Origin: Tubiluchus corallicola
Lineage: Eukaryota; Animalia; Priapulida
Length of the DNA: 64,000 nt
Reading direction: 5' to 3'
Assembly (NCBI GenBank): GCA_030141605.1
Contig: JAQGDQ010000176.1
Location: forward strand, 380,384-444,383
Shown: positions 53,431-64,000 of the stretch, one piece after another
Layout of the letters: every line of letters starts with the position of its first letter
Position numbering within the stretch: the stretch's first letter is position 1
Program-made: the position numbers and the translations under genes
The notes under the pieces: model-generated
Told to the model about the DNA's origin: nothing
What the model saw: only the letters and a program-made list of their open reading frames with translations
The model's database searches: none

Positions 53431-55169
53431 GTTCAGTAATATGACTTATGCCACGGCCTCCCTAATCTCTGCAATGGACCAAGTGCTTCTAATTCTTAAG
53501 ATCAGCGCTGAAATGCTTGAATCTTTCTGTGCAAAATCTAAATGTGTTAAGACTGTTTATTTGCAAAAGAACCTTTTCTGCCTTCCCCGACGATATAACT
53601 GAAAATACGCGCTTTATTAATCACAATTTTTTGAAAAGTATTTTGGGAAAGACTTATTTAGACTTTCGCATATTTTTGCGTACCTGTCGTTATGACAAGA
53701 ATGTAACATACATACACGAAAAAAACAACCGAGCCAAAAAATGTTTCATAAAAGAATTAGCTGTGTTGCACGCGCGAACAAATTCTTGTGTTGTTTATAT
53801 GGGTTATTTACCTTCATCACTGGTATAAAGTGGGAAACTAAAAGCCAATCAGCTTTTCCCAAGAGAGTGGGCGTAAAAGCCACGAGATATTAAAATTGAA
53901 GTTTTAGAAGCCACTAATGATATCGGCTACTGCACAAAAAACTATTGCTAAGTAAATTATTCAAACAGCTATATAATCCTATGTGCATTTGACTTCAAAA
54001 AAGCTACGTTTATTATGACACATATTTTGTGAGGCGTTGAGATGGTCTTGTTTTCCCCCAAAAATTGGGCAAAGCATATAAGTCCAGAACGTAAAAGTAC
54101 GACAAGTTTTTCTGAAATATTATTACTGGATGTAATATTGTTACAGGGGCGAAATGCCATTTATTTTCGCCCCTCCCCCCTCTACATTTTGATGGTTTGA
54201 TCCATTATGAAGCCATTGCATATCAGCGTTGCAGCTATAAGTAGTTGGTATGGAATAACCTTGTCGGTTCAGTGGGCTGACGGGCAGGTGTGTCTTCCGC
54301 CTCAGCACCTGCTCCGGCATGGACCACGTGGGGTAGAAATCTGGTGTGTTACTTAATTCAGTAATTTTACTCTTACTACTGTTTTTTACGTTTTCTTAAC
54401 TATACGACAACCGGCGTATCAGCACCATCCGCTCTCCGTTAACAATATTTTATAAATGACAACAAACGCATCAGAGTTATCATTAAATAAAAGTTATAAA
54501 AATAACTAAAAAATTCTAAATTCTTTTTTACAGAAACATCCCAGTTAAATCTTTAGTGAACATTTTAATGCTGCCATGTTTTTGCTAACGCACTGACCTC
54601 TCGACTTGATAACTTTTTCAACGTGATAACTTGCCTGATCCTGCTGTATTAATTTCGCTCTGAACCAGAGACGACTATCATTACCAAGAAATTTTTGATT
54701 ATTTCTTCAAGTTGTTGTCACAAGTTTTCCTCGCATCAGATTAGCTAATATTAACGTGGCATGTTCGGTGATTAACTGTTCTGCAGGTCAAAATTTGATA
54801 ACTTCAATAAACACAAAATTCTTAAATTTGCCACTAATCACCAACATTTCTTATTAATTTTTCTATAAGGCGGTTAGCACTCTATCCAGTTGTTTTGCCC
54901 AGTTATTTATTCAAATACGTGAAGCAAAGTCATTAATATTTGTACTCATCATTAATTTACTATGTTTTAACCCACTTATCGGCTGTTTTTTTGGCTATAG
55001 TTTCATGATAATATATAAGAGATTTAGTCAGCGCTTATTTTAATGTAAGCGTATTAACTTTATTTACGGAAATAATAATACGAAAATGCGTCTTTTGAAC
55101 ATGTAAAATTAATTTTGCAAGATTTTTTAAAATAAATTAATAGGCTTCGTGTTTGACTGAAAGCGACTT

Positions 55170-55420
55170 AACTCGGGAATTACAGGATAGCCTCACGGCA
55201 TTTTAATCCCGAAGTGTGGCGATCCATCTTACATAGCTGTTCTTTTGCTAACATGATTAATTATTTAATTACACTTTTTGTTACACTGCACATAGTTTTA
55301 ATCACGCACTGAATTTTTAATTTCATTATTTTTGCTTACGTAATTTTACACATGCGTGCATATGTTTTATGGACATTTTTAGCGTCTGAAATAAAATTTT
55401 ACTTACATACTTACTTATTA
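55170..55420 (+). mobile_element. Probable LINE 3' UTR fragment with (TTAC)n tail
   Basis: caggatagcc...gtggcgatcc and a terminal gtctgaaataaaattttacttacatacttactta. Confidence 0.45.
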
Positions 55421-55682
55421 GGCGAAAGTGAATAAAGCACAAACAAAAAATGACCAAAAAATTAAGAACATAGACATAAAGTGGGACCAGGTAATTAGAT
55501 TACCATCCATAAAATATAGGGGTGTAGTAGCTCAAACGTAAAGATCTAGATACATTTAAACCACATAGAAGTTAGAAAATTATCAATAAGCAACATGTCA
55601 TAGTGTAGGCTTATTATGTATATGTAAAGCATGGTTTTTAAATCACCCCATGTATTAGGAAAGTTCAGTTCAGTGCACGCGC

Positions 55683-56054
55683 TCAGTTCTTCGTCGTTAA
55701 TGTTTTAAGCGCATCTCTAATTATAAATATGTCATGTATGAATTTAGTTACTATGGTAATTATTTCTGTATCATCTATGGTATTCACATTAACAAACTCG
55801 TCTATTTTGGTACATGTCAGAAAATGAACTATACAAGTCAGAAATCTCAGATGCAAATTAGATGCAGTACATATCATACTAAAATGAAATTCATCCTCTA
55901 CCTCATTATGATCACAGTGTTTGCATAGTATCATGTCGGTACGTTGCCCAGGCCCACTTTCAGTTTGTAGCTTGGGTGTATTAATTCTAAATGAGGTATA
56001 TGAAGACACTTTCATTGTAGAAATGCACTTATTAGAATAGACATTGAAAGGCAA
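55683..56054 (-). mobile_element. LINE ORF2 C-terminal remnant (zinc-knuckle region)
   Basis: FRINTPKLQTESG...CKHCDHNEVEDEFHFSMIC resembles the non-LTR C-terminal motif RxxxHxLxIExG...CxxC..VEDExHFxxxC. Confidence 0.72.
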
Positions 56055-56859
56055 TTCTCGATTCTACAGTAACTTTTAAACAATCGATAACTTGTTTATA
56101 AATACCGTTCATCATTATAATATTATACAGACCTGAAAAAATACTACCCATGTAGATATTACAGCCTGGGTACATAAAACATGGGAAGATTTTCAAAAAT
56201 GCTGCTCGCAAACAGTTTTCTGGCTGAACTAGCTAAGAAACAAAACTGCAATCAGCCAGTTGAAAATTGCTGTGCATCTGTCAGGAACAAGTTGCATCTA
56301 CTGAGTTTCGAGAACTCAATTTCGCCAAAGTATTAAAAGTTGTCATAATGTATTGTAGGTGTTTCACCCTCGCTTTGCAAAACCAACCTATATCTTCCTT
56401 TCAAGTTTGCTGATTCTTCGCACAATTTATCAGGCTTAAATTCTAGCTATTGCTTCAATTCAGTAATTTCTAAATTCTGTTCTTTTATTGGTCAGATCTT
56501 TAGTTCACATTGAGGTAGGACCTAGGTTATTTTTGGTTCCAAGTTCGCAGCAGTTCTCCACTAAACAGCTAATTATTTTCATTGATGAAATAAAATCACA
56601 TAAGAAGTGCAGTAAAGTTATGAATTTTAGTTAGCTTTCGTTTTAACTCTGGGCTTAGTTTTGACTAGTTTACCGGAACGCTTAATTTAAAGGAAAACAA
56701 GATGATTTTTCATATCCTACCCCATTTTGAAATACAGTACAACCAATACAAAGTATACATTTTAACGCTTATAATGGCGCCAAAGCGTTTCTGATAATGA
56801 AGTAACAGCTTAAAAACTTAAGTACTTAAAGTTAAAACAGCGAATAAGTCCAAACAGTG

Positions 56860-57040
56860 ATGACATCACAATTGAACATGATTTTCAACAGCACAAACAT
56901 TCCATGAGCCTGCTGGACGTATTTGCAAAAATGAAAATTGAAGTATGCAATACAACATTCTGTGTGATATACAAAAATTCGATAAATTTTAAGTTTAAAA
57001 TTCAAATTTCCAATTTACCCCTGTGCTCGCGCATGAGATC
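56860..57040 (+). repeat. Diverged interspersed repeat, homologous to about 53260-53430
   Basis: Same shared blocks as the copy at 53236-53430. Confidence 0.6.
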
Positions 57041-60000
57041 TCGAACGTGCTCTACGTCACAACTGAACAACTCTGAACTGAGAGGTACAGCACCTGTTTT
57101 TTGTGTAACGCGTTTGCGAGATGCAGGCGGTAGAACCCAACTAACTAACAAATGGCGAAATGCAGGTAACAACGAATAACGGTCGCGCAGACGCGAAATT
57201 ACATTTCTGTGGTAATGATTCTTTCGCGTAAATCATACTAGAAAAAACAGCATGTTTCCTTTTAATATTTTTAGGGCCCGTTAGATTATTTTGAGCTATA
57301 GTTTAAGATTGGTTCCGGTTTTCCTTCAATAATATAAATGATTCTAAGACATTCTGCAAAGGTGTGCACTTACAAAACACTAATGTTACATGGTACACCT
57401 TAGACGTACCATGTTACACAGCTTTATAATTTTGTATCCTTCAGAATTAGAGATCTTTCAAAGAAATCTTTTCGTATGAAATCCATTTACACGAGTTACT
57501 CTTGGTTTTTAGGCGGTTGAGTTTTTTCACAAATGGCTGTCTCAGAATATGACTCACTTAAATGTACGTGAAAATTAATGATTAATCAATTCATGCAGCA
57601 ATGCTAGAATACTACTAGGAATAAAGTTCAAATATAATTAAACTGTGTTTGCCTAAAAAGCAATCACGAAAAAAATGAATATGATTTTGATTGGTAATTG
57701 TGTTTTGGAATCAAGGGAATATTCTGTAAACATTCTAATTTTAATGTGAATTGCATGGCGAAGTGAAGTTTGATGAAATGAAATTAATGATGATAGAAAT
57801 TCAATACAGTCACTATCTAACAGACTGTTGCGGTAGCTGGGCTTCTCAGAAGTTTTTTGTAATTTATAGACTGCGTTACAGGCGAGATTATGAAGCAGCT
57901 CAGAGCATATATCATGTTAACTACTACAAGGTTCGAGATGAAAAACTCAAGGTTCAACAGTCAAGATTTGAACCTCTTAAAACTTACATTTTCAAGCATA
58001 TGCGTAAAGGCATACCTAATAGACAATTAGTATTTGTAGCCAAACAATTTATTTGGTTTTCGTCGTAATCAAAGTGCTACAAATGTAGAATACAGAAAGA
58101 GCACATTGCAAGCTATACATACATAGAGTATAACGAGTAGGATTAGATATAAAGACTGGGAGTACATAATTTTAATAGTTCTATCATAATTTACATAAAG
58201 AAACCATGCATGAAAAGGACAACAAAAACATCAGCATCATTCTATGGTAAAAACATGAACCGTGAGAGTCTGAGATATTTTTCCACGTTTTGGCTTATAG
58301 TGACACGTGCCATAGTTGGCGAATAGAAACACTAAGCCCCAGGCTGTGCGTCTCAAAAAGAAAACTCTGTCTTACAGGTAGGCAGCTGTATAGTTCTATG
58401 GGAAAGCGTTTAGCACAGGAAGATTGGCAAATATAAAAAAGCAGCATTTTGACAGTTTTCATACTTTAATGAAAACTCTCAATGGTACAATCCACGTTGT
58501 AACTTTCCTTGATTGATTTCCTTACTACTCGAATCTAAGTGTCAAATTCCAAAACTCCTATATTCACATTATAATAGAGTTTAATATGAGCTATTGTTAA
58601 TATGGGTTTAATTACGTAGCAATTAATGTTATCTCAGACAAACACGAACACTTAATTATCAAATGAAGCAGTTTAAAACCTAATCCATGAGAAGTACGTA
58701 AGATCAACAACCATGCGTATTTAAATTATAAGCTTCGTGAATTAACCATAAAACTGAAAATATTTAAAATTCCATATGTAAATGAATCCTAACATCTTTT
58801 GCAATTCTCGTTGTATCGACTTTATTGGAAAATATCTAAACAAGTAACTTCCTGAATCGACGACTGTATCCTATACTTGGCTGTTTATATCACACGTGTG
58901 TCACTCGGCTGCACCAGTAATTGCTCCATATCTTTTTGCCAGACCCGATTTACTACATTTTACAAGAGGGATTGTTAAAACATCTAATACTGATGCGTCA
59001 TTGTCATGAGATTTTTCATTCATTAAAAACGAAGATGTCTTGGGTCGTTTGATTACAGTCACGCCTATTTCGAATTAGAAGATAGAAGTTGTGGACATTT
59101 TGGAAAATTGCGCCCTTCTGGACTAGAGTTTAATTGAGCTAAAGTTGACCGTGTATCAGCACAGCGATATTACATTACGTACATAACAGAAAACTTGCAA
59201 GTAGCTATTAAACCAAAACTGAATTATTATAAATTATTCTCTTTAATAACAAGCGTTTAACTTCGTTGTCAAAGCTGATAAAAATTAGTATCCTAAAAAT
59301 AAACCTGCAACTTTTATAACGCTTAAGGAAAACAAAAGGTTTGTAAATAAAGGAGTTATTCGGTTGCTATGACAGTTTCTGTTAATGTGTAAATTATACA
59401 CCAAAAATTATGTTATATAAATTAACAAAGCACAAGAGAGGGTAATGTAGCTGAGTGAAGTAACCTCGAAAGTCGAGACTAGTCAGCAAATGCTTGGGTT
59501 ACTGCTAGGAAGACTGTTTCAAGGCGGTTCTTTCGGCTATTTACAGCGTTGAGTATGTATACTTGTATAGGCAAGTAGACACCTCTGCCAGCTCAGTATC
59601 TCACGTAAAAGAATATTTTGATAATGAGCCGGTTCTTGCGTTACCAAACCGACGGCATAAACAAGTAGCCCCCCCCTCCCCCTTCAAGTACTCAATACGG
59701 ATTTGCAGTGCGCAGAAATGTATACAAAAAACTCGTGTATGCTCGGTCTGCTTACCTTGCACATTTAAAAAAGATGACGGGAGGAATATTTCGTATATTT
59801 AAAAGCCACCGGGTTACAACAGTTGTAATACTTCATCGTTTATTGCTAGTACATCATGCATAATACAGTATTATTAGCACTGTCTTGCCATCTACTAGTA
59901 TTATTGTTAAACCAACCAAAGCTAGCGCACCTTTAACCTTACTTTATATTTCGAGAGTTATTATATATCGTATTATATATCGTATCTATACAAAGTAATT

Positions 60001-60949
60001 ATATATTGATAATTTAATAATTGATCCTTGATTATATTATATCATTATCATTATATCAAGTATATCACTCGTATATATATATATATATATATAATTGACG
60101 GCAACTTTTGAAAATGGTTACCATTAAGTTGCCGGAGCACTAAGTTGTGTTTCTTAATAAATCACCTCCTAACCCATTTATCTTTTATAATAGGTAAAGA
60201 GGCGTCGTCATTCTAATTAAACAGACTGTAATTCCCTTGTTTGTAACTAATTTATTTATTGTACAATAATTTAAAAACGTCCTGCCACGTTGTAAATTTT
60301 GTTAACGTGGAGTGTTCTAATCGCAATCTGATCTTCCCGAATTTTCTACAAACATTCGACAGATTCGATTTGCGCTGAAAGTGCAATAAATTGTACTGAC
60401 ATTAAAATTCATGAGGTAACGAAACACTTCGTCTCGCCAAAACCAGCTCGAAAATCCGAATTATTGATTCCAAAAATCCGAAATTCTGGATTACCGACGC
60501 GTTTTCCCCAATAAAGGCGATAAGTTTTATTTTCAACCATTATTGAAAACCTGAGATTCAAACCCGAGAAGTCCGAGTTAAAGTCTAAGCGTCGAATGCT
60601 GTATCTCTCTACTCACGTTTTCGCTGTTATGATACAGTTTGTGGTGCAGCTTATCCTGGATCGCCGTTTCCCACGTCAACTTAAAACATAAACCTTATTA
60701 TCTGTCATCATCCTTCATCAACACTACAATGGCTGTAACAGTCAATCGGTATCACAAAAACCTTTCGCGACCATTGTAATGCCACGACTGTAATTAATCA
60801 TCATCTTTATCAGCAGCAGCAATAATATCATTATCAACGAATGCGAAAAAAACAGATAATTGTTTTCTGCTTTTACTAACATTCGCTTTAAGCATTAATC
60901 AAACATATAAAAGCAAAAACTCGAGTTTCATCGACAACAAATGTGTTGA

Positions 60950-61420
60950 GATTGTTGAAGAGTTTAAATATCATTAGGTGTTTACTTAACTTGTGATTTA
61001 AAATAGAAACGCTAGCCGTATATATAAAAAATGTATCAGTAGAATTTATTGTCGTAGGAAACTCAAAGAAAGCAAAGTTGATTTAAGGACGATGCTTTTA
61101 TTTTACACATCACGTACTGTTGCGTTGTGTGGAACCAGAATCTAACTAATGACGATATGTATTTTTTGAATAAAATTACTGGTATTGCTGGTGAGGTACT
61201 TTGACCTTGGTTTTTTTCGTAAGATACCTTACGGAAAAAAATAACCAAGGTCAAAGTTACTATAAATGACCCTATCCACCCTCTTGCATCAAATTTTGAA
61301 AAACTGAAATATGGCAGGTATAAAAACCTTATTTGTAAACCTGATAGATTTCTGAATTCTTTCATTCCTAGTGCAGTAAGACAATTTAATGTTAACTTCA
61401 AGCGACCTCCAGTTTCCTAG
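60950..61420 (+). mobile_element. Rex1/Babar-like LINE 3' remnant
   Basis: RIYCRRKLKESKVDL.TMLLFY (frameshifted) and NDPIHPLASNFEKLKYGRYKNLICKPDRFLNSFIPSAVRQFN match the DxxHP...RFxNSFxPxAxRxLN C-terminus. Confidence 0.75.
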
Positions 61421-61716
61421 TCTTCATGACGTGAAATTTAATTTTAGGTTTTTGGGTTTACTGCCTATTTTAATTTTTTTAAACCTAGGTCTGTTACCCT
61501 ACAGTAAGATAACCATTCAACAGTATTGGTACAGGTGCAAATTTAATTTAATGTAATTTAAGGTACCTTTTGCAGAAAAGATAGGCGACCGTTTCACTCA
61601 TTTTATGTTTGTTCATATGTAGCCTGCATGTTGTTTTTAGTCTGTTTGTAATTGAGTATATTTTAATGCTGAATCAAACGAAACTATAATTAACGATTCT
61701 ACAAGTTAGAATGAAT

Positions 61717-61956
61717 TCTTATCTTGTCTTGTCTTGTTGTGTCGTGTCGTGTCGTGTCGTGTCGTGTCGTGTCGTGTCTTGTCTTGCCTTGCCTTGCCTT
61801 GCCTTGCCTTGCCTTGCCTTGCCTTGCCTTGCCTTGCCTTGCCTTGCCTTGCCTTGCCTTGCCTTGTCTTGTCTTGTCTTGTCTTGTCTTGTCTTGTCTT
61901 GTCTTGTCTTGTCTTGTCTTGTCTTGTCTTGTCTTGTCTTGTCTTATCGTATCTTA
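61717..61956. repeat. Compound pentanucleotide microsatellite (TCTTG)/(TCGTG)n/(CCTTG)n/(TCTTG)n
   Basis: Seen directly; it accounts for the three overlapping low-complexity ORFs. Confidence 0.98.
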
Positions 61957-63906
61957 TTTTACACTAAATATATATATGTCATTTCTTCGTGATACAATCA
62001 TATCAACTATACAAACAGATCAACAAGCAAAATAACATTAATTAACATGGTTAGTAAGCAATGTGAACATATACAGAGTGAGATACGTTAGTATGGCGTA
62101 CAACTCATTCCTAATCGGTAGTAGTGACATTAGCAGCTGTGAGTGTCGCATTGCTGAACAAAATCGCATGACATCAGACATTCACAGATGCTGATTTATT
62201 TTATCTTAAGCGCCACTTTAGGAATGAGCGCTCAGATTCCTGACAGAGAAATAAACAGTTCGCAGATAAGAGGCAGTGGCGAATTTTTCCACCAAACGTT
62301 TTCCATGTGCTGCTGCTGCTCTTGTTGTTCGTGCTTCGCAAGAACTTTGCATGGGCTTGGAAAAACGAATACAAAGCTAAAGTAAGAAGAAGTAAAAGTA
62401 CGTATGGTTGTCCATGAACAGTGTAAATGAACGGAAAGTGCAAAATACCTGATGCTGTTTTTGTGATTTACCATGAGGTAAATGGAAAACGTCTAACAGT
62501 TGACAGAGCGAACACACACATGTTTCTACTCCACATATGGCTCAGGTTATTCTAGGTACTACGAGTGAGTGTGGACAATGCAGAAACAAAGGCGTATGAT
62601 TGCACACATATTTAAGCCCGTGCCGCAACCTTGGCTCGTGTAACAGCACGCGGAACGTCAAAAATGTCTGTTTGTCCACATTGTGTTTACTTAGACTATT
62701 CTTGCTCTTTTCTCATCATTATACTCATTTGAGCAATTCTTTTCAGTAATAGTCATCCAGTTCACAGTGGAAACATGTAGTAATCCCCTGTATCGAATGA
62801 CCAGTTAAGACCGCTGCAGCGTGACTTGAATTCTTGAGTCGCAAAACAGCAATTTGAATTAACCTCGAGGTTTTTTCCTGCGAATTGCACAAATTGCTGA
62901 ATTTGGTAAAATCAACATTAAAATTTTAGAATCGTTGAGAGATTACTAAAAAGTAATTAGAGAGATTTGCTAAAGTATTGAGATTCACTAAAAATACACT
63001 AGCAATAACAATAATAACAAAAACAAAAACAAAACAACAACAACAACCACAATTGGCACAAAATGAGTGGCTAAATTCAAAATAATCAATATTTTTATAA
63101 AAAACAATTATTTGTAGATTTTCTATTATTCATTGAAATTACATCAGAGAAAGGTGAGGTGTGGCATTGCTATCATGACGTCTTTTACATAATCGGAGAC
63201 AAATTACGTTTATGATATGTCTCGCTAAACGAATTAATGAGATGCATAAGTGGAGTCCTTCAATAAAATCATTGCATTTAGTAATATGAATTAGGCTGAA
63301 ACATCACTCCTTACCTTCCTAGTTACTTTATAATTTATATTAGTTTGAATCACATCAGCAAAGGAGTTGTGAAGGTCGGCTATCTCATTTCTCTTCAAAG
63401 TAAAATAATGCAAGCTAACTCCAGCACTCTAGCGATTGATAAATCAAACTAGAAAGTCAGTTAATAAAAGTAAATCAGTCTTTCTTTCCTACAAACCAAA
63501 ATGACTAACCTTTTATTGAAAGATAAAATTTTAAACTTAATTTGAACGGAAATTAAAAAACACTATGAGTTTGTTGGTTCTATTCCTGCGCCACGCTAAA
63601 TGTCTGTCAGTGAATCAGTATCGAGAGTCAGTAAAAGTCAGTGTTGATTATCATTTCTCAAATCGATTTGCCGAAACGAAAACGAACTTCTAAATTCGTA
63701 CTGCAATGACAATTCTTATTGTTAAGAAAGAGAAACAGTAGTAATAGAGAAAAACGTAAAAATGTTTCGTGGTGACCGAAGTGATAATTTTGCTACTTTA
63801 CGGAGGCCCATCATTCCACTGCCGGTTGTTTTGACTAATATAAGGAATCATTATTATTACCTTCATAAAGAAGGATCATTGGAGACAAAAAGACGGATAG
63901 TTACAC

Positions 63907-64000
63907 AGAGAGAGGAGAAAGAAAGGGGAAGGAGAGAGAGAGAGAGAAAGGGAGGAGAGAAAGAGAGATGCAGGAAGGAAGGAGAGCGGGGAGAGAAGAC
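63907..64000. repeat. GA-rich low-complexity polypurine tract
   Basis: agagaggagaaagaaaggggaaggagagagag... continuing to the window end. Confidence 0.9.

Noticed and set aside
54260-54350. tRNA-like A/B box spacing with a GC-rich stem (similar near 60550-60600 on the minus strand)
   Set aside because: No cloverleaf and a degenerate B box; at most SINE remnants.
57434-57442. GTATCCTT U12-type donor-like sequence
   Set aside because: No plausible upstream exon or TCCTTAAC branch site found.
57751-58068. 105-aa ORF or possible second calexcitin exon (D-C-V-T-G after an AG)
   Set aside because: Lacks the EF-hand DxNxDG loop and any recognisable homology.
61711-62035. Three overlapping ORFs with SCRVV/PCLAL/SCLVL repeats
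   Set aside because: Translation artefacts of a stop-free pentanucleotide microsatellite.

Overview
AT-rich metazoan (invertebrate, possibly lophotrochozoan; inference) genomic DNA with GT-AG introns. Spliced by hand, the genes are: the 3' five exons of a ZMYM2/3/4 (Woc)-like gene (+); ZUP1/ZUFSP deubiquitinase (-, 7 coding exons); a KLHDC1/2-like kelch protein (+, 8 exons, one blade per exon); an intronless mitochondrial-type GTP-PEPCK (+); an 11-unit polyubiquitin (-) with TATA/CCAAT/heat-shock-element promoter; an intronless PDCD2 CDS (+); a two-exon FAM174 membrane protein (-); and the first coding exon of a calexcitin/SCP-like EF-hand gene (+), which the ORF track misses. Introns and intergenic DNA hold many non-autonomous transposons: pogo/Tigger, Harbinger, hAT, MULE-like and Helentron-type elements, and Helitrons including a CTAG|TC tandem junction with a 68-bp mini-copy. 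There is also a three-layer nested insertion with intact inner TSDs, plus decayed CR1, Crack/L2, CRE, Rex1-like and Gypsy fragments. I found no convincing tRNA, rRNA, CRISPR or ribozyme, and cannot demonstrate a wholly new system. The best leads are the rolling-circle element cluster and its shared motif, the atypical ZUP1 and BC-box-less kelch protein on a probable bidirectional promoter, and the lipidation-type first exons at the calexcitin locus. All homology calls are from recalled motifs, not database searches.
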